This document shows positions 1-10,065 of a stretch of DNA of 64,000 nt, piece after piece. The position numbers and the translations under genes were made by a program. This DNA comes from Promethearchaeota archaeon (GTDB lineage Archaea > Asgardarchaeota > Lokiarchaeia > Sigyniarchaeales > SOKP01). Every line of letters begins with the position of its first letter. The first letter of the stretch is position 1. Location of the stretch: the NCBI GenBank assembly GCA_048937405.1, contig JBHLNF010000001.1, forward strand, positions 944,785 through 1,008,784, in the 5' to 3' direction. Under the pieces are notes generated by a model. It searched no databases and had not been told where the DNA came from. It saw only the letters and a list, made by a program, of their open reading frames with translations.

Positions 1-1325
1 TCTATCAAAATACTTGCCATACTAAAGTTATGAGCATCAAAAAAATTATTAATTAATTCTTCTAAAGTTGAATCTAAATCTACTCTTTTCACATTATAGG
101 ATTCCCATAAATTTTCAAGCTCATCATGAATATTTTTGGCAGCATGATTTTTTTTCTCACTAACCTGTTTTTTAAAAATAGTAATTAGGACATCTGTTAA
201 TTTTTCAGTCAAATTTTTTAATTCTTCAAAAAGATCTTCTCGTTGGTATCGATTGACTGCCATATACAATTGTTCTCTTGCTAACTCAAAATTTTCAATA
301 CTTACCAAGTATTCTGCTGCAGCAACAATCTTTCCAGATATTTCCCTTAAGATCACTAACACACCCTTATGTGGTAAACTTTGAAGAATTCTAAATGCAT
401 CTTCTATTCTACAGGCAGAGATCCAAGAATTTATTGCCAACCGAAAAGCTTCATCAATAAATGCCTTATCTAATGATTCTATACTTGACCATTGAGCAGC
501 TCTTTCATAGTTTTTAGCTGCTAGTTCATATTCTTTTTTATTGAAAAATTGGTTTCCTTCTCTTATTATTGCGTCTGCATATAATTTTTTAAAATTTAAT
601 GATTTCTTTTTATCTACTCTTTCTATGATATGACTTGCTTCTAAATATAAATTGATTTTAGAATAAAGATATGCTGCTTGCTCACAGATGATATAAAATT
701 CCTCTTTATTGTAAATATCTGCAATTATGGCAGCTTTTCTAATGGCTTGTGCGGCATAAAAATAGTTTTGATTATTAAAATAGATATTTGCCATTTGAAT
801 AAATATAGGAAATCTCATCCAAGCATTTTCAATATTTAGTGGTGTGTCACCATTAATCATTGCAGAACATAATGATTGCAGCGCTTGGTGAAAATTATTT
901 GGAGAAAGATTAACAAAAGCCTCTAAATTCGGAAAATTAACCCAGATATGAGTTAATAAATCATTAACTGGAATTGGAAGAATTCCATTTTGATCATAAA
1001 ATATGATTACTGTTGGAATATCATGCTTTACCGAAAAAATATCTGGAAGTATCATTTCAAATAATTCAGATTCCTCCTGAATAGTTGGATTCAAAAAATA
1101 AATAATTCCATCAACCTTAGGAATTATATCATCTAAATCAACAGATATATTTGTAATTGCATCAATTTCTAAATCACATATATTATCTAAGACTTTTACT
1201 TCTTTATACCACTTATAATAAGTTTCTTGATCTTCACCCTCCTCATCAAACGCATTTGAAATGTAAAAATTAATTGTATCAGGATCACATCCAAGAATCA
1301 GAGATCGAAAATAGAAAGTTGACAT
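1..1325 (-). CDS. Partial ORF (3' end off window): degenerate small-GTPase-like N-terminal domain followed by TPR/SNAP-like helical repeats
   Basis: Not in ORF track. Hand translation from ATG at 1325: MSTFYFRSLILGCDPDTINFY...IPKVDGIIYFLNP...IPTVIIFYD... then helical repeats such as EGNQFFNKKEYELAAKNYERAAQW; open to the window edge. Confidence 0.7.
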   Translation of the reverse strand, partial: MSTFYFRSLILGCDPDTINFYISNAFDEEGEDQETYYKWYKEVKVLDNICDLEIDAITNISVDLDDIIPKVDGIIYFLNPTIQEESELFEMILPDIFSVKHDIPTVIIFYDQNGILPIPVNDLLTHIWVNFPNLEAFVNLSPNNFHQALQSLCSAMINGDTPLNIENAWMRFPIFIQMANIYFNNQNYFYAAQAIRKAAIIADIYNKEEFYIICEQAAYLYSKINLYLEASHIIERVDKKKSLNFKKLYADAIIREGNQFFNKKEYELAAKNYERAAQWSSIESLDKAFIDEAFRLAINSWISACRIEDAFRILQSLPHKGVLVILREISGKIVAAAEYLVSIENFELAREQLYMAVNRYQREDLFEELKNLTEKLTDVLITIFKKQVSEKKNHAAKNIHDELENLWESYNVKRVDLDSTLEELINNFFDAHNFSMASILI

Positions 1326-1520
1326 TTTTTCAATAAATCAATTATATTCTTCAATTTATATTGTTTGATTAATTCTAGCTTTGTTATAAAGATTTTTTAA
1401 CACATAAAATTAATACTATAATACTTATGAAATTATTTTAAAAGAATAGAAATCTTTTAATAATAATTAATTGAGTTCGGGAATATATATTTTTGTTTCA
1501 AACATTTCGGTGATTATACA

Positions 1521-2183
1521 TTGAATTACATAGATAGGAATTATCATCTTATAAAAGGTAGAATGATTGAACAAATGGAGAAATCTTTAGCATTAGGGAG
1601 AAAACTTATCGATTCTGAATTAGATACAGGTTTTTTTAACTTCATAATCAATCCAATTGTCAAAGGTTTTTATGATTATTGGGCAAGAAATGAAGCAAAA
1701 ACAGGAACTTTAAAGCAAATAAATATTACTTTAGAGGCTGGTAAGCAATTGATCCTTAATGGTAATACTGAACAGAGATTTAAAAAAATAGTTGAGGATT
1801 ATTTTCCTAAATATTTTAAACATGATCAAACTTCTCGTATGGGGAATAGAAACCATAAAAATTTTGAAAGGTTTAGAAAGAATGCTAGAGAAACATTTAT
1901 AAACTATTTAGAAGAATTAATAACACTTTTAGGAGTAGTAGAGAACGTAGATAATTATGGCGATTTGTGTCGAATTGCATTTAGCTCAAGAGAAGTAGCA
2001 AAAGAGAATCTTATAAGGCAATTAGATTTTACAGAAAAAGGAATTAAAATACTCGAAGAAGATCCCTCAATTCTTAAAGTCCCTATAGGAAAAAAAATAA
2101 TTATCAAAGCACTTAGAAAGGGTTTTGAATTGACCAAAAAAGACTTTATGGAAAGTCTCAACGATACTTATAACCAGAAATAA
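1521..2183 (+). CDS. Hypothetical protein, tandem paralog of 2241..2900
   Basis: 220 aa; GGTGAT SD 6 nt before TTG; shares LIDSELDTG and SILKVPxGK motifs with next ORF. Confidence 0.85.
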   Translation: MNYIDRNYHLIKGRMIEQMEKSLALGRKLIDSELDTGFFNFIINPIVKGFYDYWARNEAKTGTLKQINITLEAGKQLILNGNTEQRFKKIVEDYFPKYFKHDQTSRMGNRNHKNFERFRKNARETFINYLEELITLLGVVENVDNYGDLCRIAFSSREVAKENLIRQLDFTEKGIKILEEDPSILKVPIGKKIIIKALRKGFELTKKDFMESLNDTYNQK

Positions 2184-2240
2184 TTAAATTTATGAATAAT
2201 TCTATTAATTATACGTTGTTTTTATTTTGGAGAATTAAAC

Positions 2241-2900
2241 ATGGAAGTTATTGAGAGAAATTATAAAATACTAGAGAATAAAATGATTGAACAGATGCAT
2301 AGTTCTTTTAGTGATGGAAAATCATTAATTGATTCAGAATTAGATACAGGAGTTTTTAATGCTGTAGTGAAACCAATTGTAAAATCTTTTTATAAATATT
2401 GGACCGATAAAGATGCTCGTATAGGTATACTCGAACAAATTAAGGTAACTTTAGATTCTGCTAAAGAAATATTAACAAATGGAGATGGATCAAAAGAGCA
2501 ATTCGAAATGGTTATTAATAAGAATTTTCCAATTTATTTAAAAAATGACCAAACAGATAGGCAATGTAAAAAAAATCATAAGAATTATATAAAATTGAGA
2601 GAAATAACTAAAAATAGTTTTATAACACAGGTTAAAGAAAGTATCTTATTTTTAAAGGTTGATGATGATATTAAAGATTATGCTGAATTATCAAGAGCAA
2701 CCTTTAAAACTAAAGTAAGAGCATACGAAGCTTTAAAACGACAATTGGATTATAATGAAGAGGGAATCTCAATTGTGGAGAAAGATGATTCAATATTAAA
2801 GGTTCCAGTTGGAAAAAACATAATTCTAAAAGTTCTTAGAAAAGGATTTGAAGTAACAAAGCAAAAACTAATCAAAGAGCTTGATGAAATTTTTAATTAA
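2241..2900 (+). CDS. Hypothetical protein, tandem paralog of 1521..2183
   Basis: 219 aa, collinear similarity to the preceding ORF; GGAG SD. Confidence 0.85.
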   Translation: MEVIERNYKILENKMIEQMHSSFSDGKSLIDSELDTGVFNAVVKPIVKSFYKYWTDKDARIGILEQIKVTLDSAKEILTNGDGSKEQFEMVINKNFPIYLKNDQTDRQCKKNHKNYIKLREITKNSFITQVKESILFLKVDDDIKDYAELSRATFKTKVRAYEALKRQLDYNEEGISIVEKDDSILKVPVGKNIILKVLRKGFEVTKQKLIKELDEIFN

Positions 2901-2948
2901 AAAGAATCTATATCAAAATTTTAATCAAAAAAAGAGTTATTAATTATA

Positions 2949-4010
2949 TTGAATGAAATTCCTCAAAAGATAGAGGGAAAAAATTATTTACGTCTTATTT
3001 TTTTAAACCTATTTATTATAACTTTTATAGTAATCACCTATGTATATATCTCTGAATCTTTTGGTTCAATATCCAGTATTTTCATAAATGACCAAGAATT
3101 CTCAGTCCAATTTGGAATAACTCTTCTACTATTTACCTTCTTTTCTATATTAACTGGGCCAATACAAGGCGCAATCTCAGGATTTATTGGTGAATTACTA
3201 TTTCAACTAGCTTTTTATAACAGTTTGTATATTGAATGGTGTTTTATTGTAGCTATTCTTGGATTTTTATCTGGCATCTATAAATATCAACCTTTGAAAT
3301 ACTCTAATCCCCTAAGCGTCTACTATACTTTTATATTTTTAATCATTGTAACTTTTGTTATTTTTGGATTAATTATAGCTATTCAATTTTCCGTCTATCC
3401 CAACCAAGAAACAGCAGAAACAATATTAATAAATTACGGGTTTAAATTCTTTGTCCAATCTCTTATTTCAATTATATTTATTGTTCCTATCCTTTTATTA
3501 ATATATGATAGAATACTCTCTAAAGAAAAGAACGATCTATATTATATGATTTTAACCCACCATCCCCTCTCTGCTATTGATCATACTTTCTATCTTACAT
3601 TTGGAAGAACTAAAATATATTTTTGTTCAAGATGTTCTGGTGTAATTCTTGGAGGATTAATTGCATTATTTTCTACTTATATGATTTACAACATCTTTCA
3701 AGTTGAAGTTAGCCCAGAAATTTCTTTATTACTTTGTATCGTATTCCCAATACCAGGTTTAATTGATTGGGGAACTCAAAGACTTTTACTTAGGAAAAGT
3801 ACTACATCATCTCGATTATTTACTGGATTTATTATCGGATCCGCTTTACATTTCATGAGTTATACTTACAAATATTATTATTATACTGTACTCCTTCTGG
3901 TAATTTACTTTACAATATTTGGCGTCTTAGTATTCTTAGGACATAAGAAAGAATTAAAATTGTTAAAAGAAGAGTGGAATAATGTTTCTCCAAAAGTAGA
4001 ATTATATTAA
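2949..4010 (+). CDS. Membrane protein: ECF S-component-like N-terminal domain plus DUF2085-like C-terminal domain
   Basis: GPIQGAISGFIG helix motif; FCSRCSG and DWGTQ...RLFTG motifs; many TM segments. Confidence 0.6.
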   Translation: MNEIPQKIEGKNYLRLIFLNLFIITFIVITYVYISESFGSISSIFINDQEFSVQFGITLLLFTFFSILTGPIQGAISGFIGELLFQLAFYNSLYIEWCFIVAILGFLSGIYKYQPLKYSNPLSVYYTFIFLIIVTFVIFGLIIAIQFSVYPNQETAETILINYGFKFFVQSLISIIFIVPILLLIYDRILSKEKNDLYYMILTHHPLSAIDHTFYLTFGRTKIYFCSRCSGVILGGLIALFSTYMIYNIFQVEVSPEISLLLCIVFPIPGLIDWGTQRLLLRKSTTSSRLFTGFIIGSALHFMSYTYKYYYYTVLLLVIYFTIFGVLVFLGHKKELKLLKEEWNNVSPKVELY

Positions 4011-4024
4011 AATTTCTGAAAAAA

Positions 4025-4528
4025 ATGCAAAATAAAATTTTTATTCATGGACTTATCAGCTCAGGAGACGGTTTTAAAGGTCAGTTATTAAGAAAAATAT
4101 TGCCTGGATGCTTAACCCCAACATTTTTGCCATATAATTCAAATAAATCAATCGTATTATTATTTAAAGAACGTATGGAACAATTAATTCCAATCTTAGA
4201 TGAAAAGAATGAGTGGTTAATAATTGGTTCTAGTTTTGGAGGATTAATGGCTACAGTATACACTTTAGATAAGCCATATAAAATTTCTAAATTAATTCTA
4301 CTCGCACCTTATTTGTCAACTCCTTTATTAAATCTAAAATTATATTCACCTGTAGATGTTCCAGTTATAGTCTTCCATGGAAAATATGATAAAGAAGTTT
4401 CAGTTGATCGAGTTAAGAAAGTTGCAGTAAAATTGTTTACAAATCTAAGATATAATATAGTAAATGATGATCACACCCTCAAAAAAACAGTTAAAATGTT
4501 AAATTGGAATGACATAATTAAAAATTAA
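4025..4528 (+). CDS. Alpha/beta hydrolase (YqiA-like esterase)
   Basis: FIHG, GSSFGG nucleophile elbow, HGKYD, DDH. Confidence 0.85.
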   Translation: MQNKIFIHGLISSGDGFKGQLLRKILPGCLTPTFLPYNSNKSIVLLFKERMEQLIPILDEKNEWLIIGSSFGGLMATVYTLDKPYKISKLILLAPYLSTPLLNLKLYSPVDVPVIVFHGKYDKEVSVDRVKKVAVKLFTNLRYNIVNDDHTLKKTVKMLNWNDIIKN

Positions 4529-4644
4529 TACTTTAATCAAATATTAGCTATAAACAATTCAAAAATTGGACTCCAATTTTTTTAAAATCAATTATTAACA
4601 TCTCTTTAATAGTAAATAATCATATAAAAAATGGTGGATTAGAT

Positions 4645-5130
4645 TTGGAATGGGAGAATATTTTTGATAATATTGGCTTCTGGTATGATACATTTGTCGA
4701 ATGGTACTTAGAACAGCCAATTTATGGGCAGGTTTTAGCAATAATTGGAATAATCGCTTTAATCGCATTTACAATAACCCTTATATACTATGTAATTAAA
4801 GGGATTGCTTATTTAGTATATTACATCTTCAAAGGAATATATTTGCTTCTTAAATATATTGGTTATGGTTTTTATAAACTAACTGAAGGTTTTTATTACT
4901 TGGTCTCAGGCAAAGCAAAACCTAAGAAACAGGAAAGTCCACAAACGATAATAGAAAACAATTATAATAGTGAAAACCATTATATTTTGGAATATTGTAG
5001 TGAATGTGGGAGGAAGCTATCTAATAGAATGAAATATCACTTTGAGAAAAATGGAATGGCGTTTTGTGAGAATTGTGGGACTCGCCTTACAGTAAATCAT
5101 GCCTTTAGAACATTATCTATTTCCCATTAA
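4645..5130 (+). CDS. Membrane protein with C-terminal zinc ribbon
   Basis: Hydrophobic N-half; CSECG...CENCG. Confidence 0.75.
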   Translation: MEWENIFDNIGFWYDTFVEWYLEQPIYGQVLAIIGIIALIAFTITLIYYVIKGIAYLVYYIFKGIYLLLKYIGYGFYKLTEGFYYLVSGKAKPKKQESPQTIIENNYNSENHYILEYCSECGRKLSNRMKYHFEKNGMAFCENCGTRLTVNHAFRTLSISH

Positions 5131-5209
5131 TTAGATTAAACATCTTTTTAATAAAAAATAATTAAAGTAATAGAATAAAGATATAATTATAAAGGTGCAA
5201 TAAAACAAT

Positions 5210-6754
5210 ATGTCAAGAGTTTATGTATGTAGGGAATGTGGATACACATTTCCAGAAGAACTATCCCACTTAATAAAAACTAATATTCAAGTTTATTGTG
5301 AACGGTGTGGTTCACCTTTTATTATGGAAGGGGTTAAATTTAAACCAGCAACAACCCCATATCGAAAAATTAAAAAACCAACTTTTCAATTATCTGAAAA
5401 AAAGACTTCTAAGATAGAAAAGACTATTCGAATTTTAAATGCAATATCTTTTCTACCTTTTTTTATCTTTACCAGTATTATATTGGGATTTATACCAGTA
5501 TTCGTTATAACTGGGGATATAAGATTGCTATTTAAATTCCTTATGTTTAGTTTTTTAGGACTATGTTTCCTAATTTACGATAGAACACGTATAACTCGTA
5601 AAGTAAAGGAGAAAAAATACAATGATATTTTTTTTGATTCGTTTTGTTGGGGTATACTTGGTTGCATTCTATTCGGTCTTGGTGTGATTATCCTTATTAA
5701 AGGTATTTTTATTATAATCTATGTAATTAGTAGTCCTGAGAATGAGCATTTTAAAAAATTTGATTATGGATTACTTGCAAAAAATTCATTGAATCATTTT
5801 TCTGCTAAAGCAGGTTTGATGATTATACTTTTTGGTATGTTTGGAATATATGCCAATAGAGTTTATTTACCTGAATCGGATACTATAAATATAGATTTAC
5901 CTTTTGGTATCCAAGCACCTGTAAGAATCTTCATTCTTCTTGTTTACTTGATTATCTCATTAATAATTTTAATTATTGATATTAGTTTACAAAAGAAAAC
6001 AGATGAAAAGCAAGAATTTAAGGCTCAGGATGCAATTCTTTATTTTATTTTAGGGATTTTAGGATTAGTCTTTTGTGCTGCTAGTATCTTTATATTATTG
6101 AAAGGGATTTTAATATTCTTTTTAATTTTTGGTAAACCAACAGAAGAGATTAAAAGAATATCAACAGAAGAAAAACAAGTATATTATGCTCCAACACCTT
6201 ACAAAAAAGTAGAAGAAATACAAAAAGAGATACCAGGAGATCAAATAGTAGAAATAACGAAAATAGAAGAAAAACCAATTAGAGAACAACCTCAAAAAAT
6301 TGAAGAAATTAATGCTAAAAAGCTTGAAATAATCCCGATAACTACAGATAAAAAAGAAAAGGCAAAGAGGGAAGAGGAATTTAAATTAAAATTACATGAT
6401 TCCCTTTTACCTGTTAAAGATGAAAAAGACAAGAAATTAGTTAAAGAATATTTCTCAAAAATATTTGCCGTTTTATCAAAGGATTTAAGGAAACAAATAA
6501 TCGATTTAAAAATTTCTAAAAAAGAAAGGAAAGAAATTTTGGAAGAACTTGCTTTCTTAACAAAAGAAGAACAAGTAAAATATATCGAAGCTATAGTTAA
6601 TCTATATAAAGAAATTCCTAAAAGATTAATTGCCAGAATTCGCAAACTTCCCAATGTTCAACCAAAACATTATGATAAAATTTTGGATCAATTAAAATAT
6701 ATGGATTATGAAGAACAAATCAAATTTGTCCAATTCTTAGAGGAAAACGCCTAA
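5210..6754 (+). CDS. Zinc-ribbon multi-pass membrane protein with charged, duplicated C-terminal helical module
   Basis: CRECG...CERCG; about 8 TM segments; C-terminal repeat. Confidence 0.75.
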   Translation: MSRVYVCRECGYTFPEELSHLIKTNIQVYCERCGSPFIMEGVKFKPATTPYRKIKKPTFQLSEKKTSKIEKTIRILNAISFLPFFIFTSIILGFIPVFVITGDIRLLFKFLMFSFLGLCFLIYDRTRITRKVKEKKYNDIFFDSFCWGILGCILFGLGVIILIKGIFIIIYVISSPENEHFKKFDYGLLAKNSLNHFSAKAGLMIILFGMFGIYANRVYLPESDTINIDLPFGIQAPVRIFILLVYLIISLIILIIDISLQKKTDEKQEFKAQDAILYFILGILGLVFCAASIFILLKGILIFFLIFGKPTEEIKRISTEEKQVYYAPTPYKKVEEIQKEIPGDQIVEITKIEEKPIREQPQKIEEINAKKLEIIPITTDKKEKAKREEEFKLKLHDSLLPVKDEKDKKLVKEYFSKIFAVLSKDLRKQIIDLKISKKERKEILEELAFLTKEEQVKYIEAIVNLYKEIPKRLIARIRKLPNVQPKHYDKILDQLKYMDYEEQIKFVQFLEENA

Positions 6755-6756
6755 AA

Positions 6757-7650
6757 ATGTCGATGGAAAAAAGAAGAGAACCCAGAGAAGATAAGAAAAA
6801 AGAAACTCTCCGAGATAGCTCATTTAGGCGAACCGATTTTACACCATTGCAGCAAACTGTTGAAGTAGAAGAAAAGGTATCGAAAAAAGAAGAAATTGTT
6901 GAAGAATTAACTGAAATTGAAAAAGAAGTTTTAGATATTGCAACTGAAATTTTGAAGTTAAAAAGATATGATACTGAATTTGAAATTGAATCAGAAAGTC
7001 AAATACAAAAATATCCAATAATCGAGAAATTATATGCTAAATGTATTGCCAAACTTTCCTATAAGAAAGGATATAGTAAAGAGGAAATCTTTTTAAATAT
7101 TCGAAGTCTTGAAGAGAAAAATTGGATAGTAACAAATGAAAGACGTACTAAGCTGGAAATCCTTACTAATGAAAAACTTGTTTCTATTCTTGAGTTTATA
7201 AAAAATAATCCAGGAATTCATGCGAGAGATGAAAAAATTGAGGCAGAATTAGGGATAACTAGAACACCTTTCTTAAAACATGTAATGACCCTAGAACGCT
7301 TTGAATTGATTAGATCTAAAAAAATTGGTAAAACTCTTCATTATTTTTTAAGTGAAATATCTGAGGATTATGACAAATTTAAAGTTATTTTTCTAAATCC
7401 ATTGATTCCTAAAGTGCTGGAAGAAATTTTTAAAAATGAAGAGATCACGGTCTCAAAAATAGGAGAAAATCTTGACATTTATTCAGGGACTATTTTATAT
7501 CATATTAAAAAACTAAAGGATTTGAATCTTTTAAGAAGTACTAAAAATAATTCTGGTAAAAAAATATTTTTAATTAATATTGAACTCTTAAAGAAATATA
7601 ATGATTTTTTTGATGAGCCAGACTTTTCTCAACTTTTGAAAGGTCTTTAG
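6757..7650 (+). CDS. Tandem winged-helix DNA-binding protein
   Basis: ILEFIKNNPGIH...HVMTLERFELI and second wHTH TVSKIGENL...YHIKKL. Confidence 0.75.
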   Translation: MSMEKRREPREDKKKETLRDSSFRRTDFTPLQQTVEVEEKVSKKEEIVEELTEIEKEVLDIATEILKLKRYDTEFEIESESQIQKYPIIEKLYAKCIAKLSYKKGYSKEEIFLNIRSLEEKNWIVTNERRTKLEILTNEKLVSILEFIKNNPGIHARDEKIEAELGITRTPFLKHVMTLERFELIRSKKIGKTLHYFLSEISEDYDKFKVIFLNPLIPKVLEEIFKNEEITVSKIGENLDIYSGTILYHIKKLKDLNLLRSTKNNSGKKIFLINIELLKKYNDFFDEPDFSQLLKGL

Positions 7651-7670
7651 AATTCCAATTGTTATACTTT

Positions 7671-8552
7671 TTATATTTTAAATTTAAGCTTTATTTGAGG
7701 TAAGACTTTCATTAATAATTTTATTGCATTATCAACTCCTTGCTCCATATCATGATGAATTTCATTAGATTTTAGTAAATCATATTTAGGATGTCCTGGT
7801 ATATCTGAAATGGAGAGAACTGAAACTGTGTGTAAATTGTAGATTTTACCAAGTAAGAATAATATAGATGATTCCATATCTACAGATTGAATATTTACTG
7901 AGGACAATGCTCGTACAAAATCCAAACTTTCACAAAATAAGGCGTCAGTAGTCCATAAATCAACTTCTTTAACTTTATTAGAAAAAAGTGAAATACCCTC
8001 TTTTAAAAACAATTTTTTCAACATTTCATCAGGTTTAGATATAAAAATTGTTTGATTGCCTGTAAACATATTTTGAAACTTTCCCATTGGATTTTGTATT
8101 GATTGCAATTCATTAACTAAGGAAGGATGTTCTCTTAAATATTGAGGACTTGTTCCATCATCACAAAAAGCAAATTTGGGGATTATTATATCCCCAATAT
8201 TAATTGGATAAGTCTGATTTTCTATTCCTCCACATACATCAATTCTAATAATAATTTTCGCTTTACATCTTCTTAATGCTTCTACTGTCATTGCACAATT
8301 CGGAGCCCCAACCAAAGAACGAACTATACTAACTTTAACATTATTCAATTCCCCACTATAAATCCGTCCATAATTTCGTTTGTTCTGCAATTTTTGTATT
8401 AGTTTTTTCATTACAGGCTTTATTGCAGGTAGAATTACTATTTCGTTTACATTTGAGGAACTTGTCTCAATTATCATCCTTACAATTTTTTCATCCACAT
8501 TAATGAATTTTAATCCAACGTTCAATAATTCACTCTTTATTCTGTTTAACAT
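7671..8552 (-). CDS. Nucleoside phosphorylase (PNP/UDP family)
   Basis: VGAP, IIRIDVCGGI, DDGTS, WTTDA, VDMESS motifs. Confidence 0.85.
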   Translation of the reverse strand: MLNRIKSELLNVGLKFINVDEKIVRMIIETSSSNVNEIVILPAIKPVMKKLIQKLQNKRNYGRIYSGELNNVKVSIVRSLVGAPNCAMTVEALRRCKAKIIIRIDVCGGIENQTYPINIGDIIIPKFAFCDDGTSPQYLREHPSLVNELQSIQNPMGKFQNMFTGNQTIFISKPDEMLKKLFLKEGISLFSNKVKEVDLWTTDALFCESLDFVRALSSVNIQSVDMESSILFLLGKIYNLHTVSVLSISDIPGHPKYDLLKSNEIHHDMEQGVDNAIKLLMKVLPQIKLKFKI

Positions 8553-8729
8553 TTTGGATCATCTTATCATTTATTCTAATTAACCAAAATTATAATTTTA
8601 GTTATAATCTAAAAGTAGTTTAATAAATATTTAGGTACTTATAATTTTAAACAATATAATTTAATATCTAAATAAAATACATTTATTTATATAAATTAGT
8701 GAGAAATTTGAGTTCACAGTGGTTACTTT

Positions 8730-10022
8730 ATGAAGAATCGATTTATCTTGGATAATAAAATCACGAATGAATTTGTTGAAACTTATACAAAAACAACCTA
8801 TAGAATTGTTGGAGAACACAAACATTCATCAGTTAAACCTTGTCATTGGCTTGAACAGAGATTAATGACTGGAAGGGATAATCGAAATTGCTATAAAGGA
8901 GTTTTTGGAATAAAGAGTCATAGATGTTTACAAAATACACCTTCCTTACCCTTTTGTAACCATCAATGTGTTTTTTGTTGGAGAGATTTAGAATCTGGAT
9001 CTTTAGGAAGTGAATTTATTGGAGAACCAGATGAACCAAAATTGCTTATTGAAGAAATGCTACGACATCATAAGGACATTATTAAGAATCATTTACCTTT
9101 GAGACGCTATCTCGATAATTATGAAATAATGATCGATATTCTATATTATATACTTTTAAATAATCAAGAAGGGCATAGTATAAATTCCATCAGTAATAAT
9201 ATCCATGTTTCAAAAAATAAAATTGAAAGAGCCATCACCCTTCTTAAAAATCAGAACTATGTTAAAAGTATCGATGACTCATTAAATATGTTTAAACTAG
9301 AGGATGACATTGATTGTTGTATTAAATCTAGAGATGAACTCGAGGTATTAATTAATAGAACATTAACTACACCTGATGAGATAATGCAAGCGCATAATGA
9401 AGCAATGACGCCGAATCATGCGGCAATTTCCCTTGATGGGGAACCACTATTATACCCCAAAATCTCTGGTTTGGTAAATGAATTTAAAACCAGAGGTTTT
9501 ACCACTTTTATTGTTACAAATGGCACAATATCAGAGAAAGTTCGAAATTTAGATCCTTATCCTTCTCAACTATATATTACATTAGCAGCCCCAAATGAAG
9601 AGATTTATAAAAAGGTGTGTCGACCAATGATTAAAAACGGTTGGCAGAATATTATGGATACAATGGAATCAATCCAATCATTAAATTGCAGAAGTGTTGT
9701 ACGATTAACAGCCGTGAAGGACTTGAATATTAATGACGCAATGGTTGAAAATTATGTTAAGATCATTGAAAAGGCAAATCCTAACTTTTTTGAAATAAAA
9801 GGATTCACTTTACAAGCTAAAGCGCTATTAATTAAAGATAGGTTAAAAACTAATAAACCCGTTCAATATTATTTCCCAGAATATGATTATCTTGAAAATA
9901 TTGCTAAAAAATTTGAAGAATTGGGTAATTTTCCCCTGATTTATACGAATAAACCAAGCAGAGATTTCTTATTTGCTGTAAATTGGGATGAGAATAAAGA
10001 TCCAGTAATTAAAAATCCCTAA
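8730..10022 (+). CDS. taw1: Radical SAM 4-demethylwyosine synthase Taw1/TYW1 with an internal insertion
   Basis: HSSVKPCHW, CYK, SHRCLQ.TP, CNHQCVFCWR, AISLDGEP, TFIVTNG, P.FFEIKG. Confidence 0.92.
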   Translation: MKNRFILDNKITNEFVETYTKTTYRIVGEHKHSSVKPCHWLEQRLMTGRDNRNCYKGVFGIKSHRCLQNTPSLPFCNHQCVFCWRDLESGSLGSEFIGEPDEPKLLIEEMLRHHKDIIKNHLPLRRYLDNYEIMIDILYYILLNNQEGHSINSISNNIHVSKNKIERAITLLKNQNYVKSIDDSLNMFKLEDDIDCCIKSRDELEVLINRTLTTPDEIMQAHNEAMTPNHAAISLDGEPLLYPKISGLVNEFKTRGFTTFIVTNGTISEKVRNLDPYPSQLYITLAAPNEEIYKKVCRPMIKNGWQNIMDTMESIQSLNCRSVVRLTAVKDLNINDAMVENYVKIIEKANPNFFEIKGFTLQAKALLIKDRLKTNKPVQYYFPEYDYLENIAKKFEELGNFPLIYTNKPSRDFLFAVNWDENKDPVIKNP

Positions 10023-10065
10023 AACTAACTTATTAAAAGTTTTATGAAATATTTCTTATTCTCGA

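Noticed and set aside
9090-9375. Intein in Taw1
   Set aside because: No Cys/Ser start with His-Asn/Gln end and no recognisable splicing blocks
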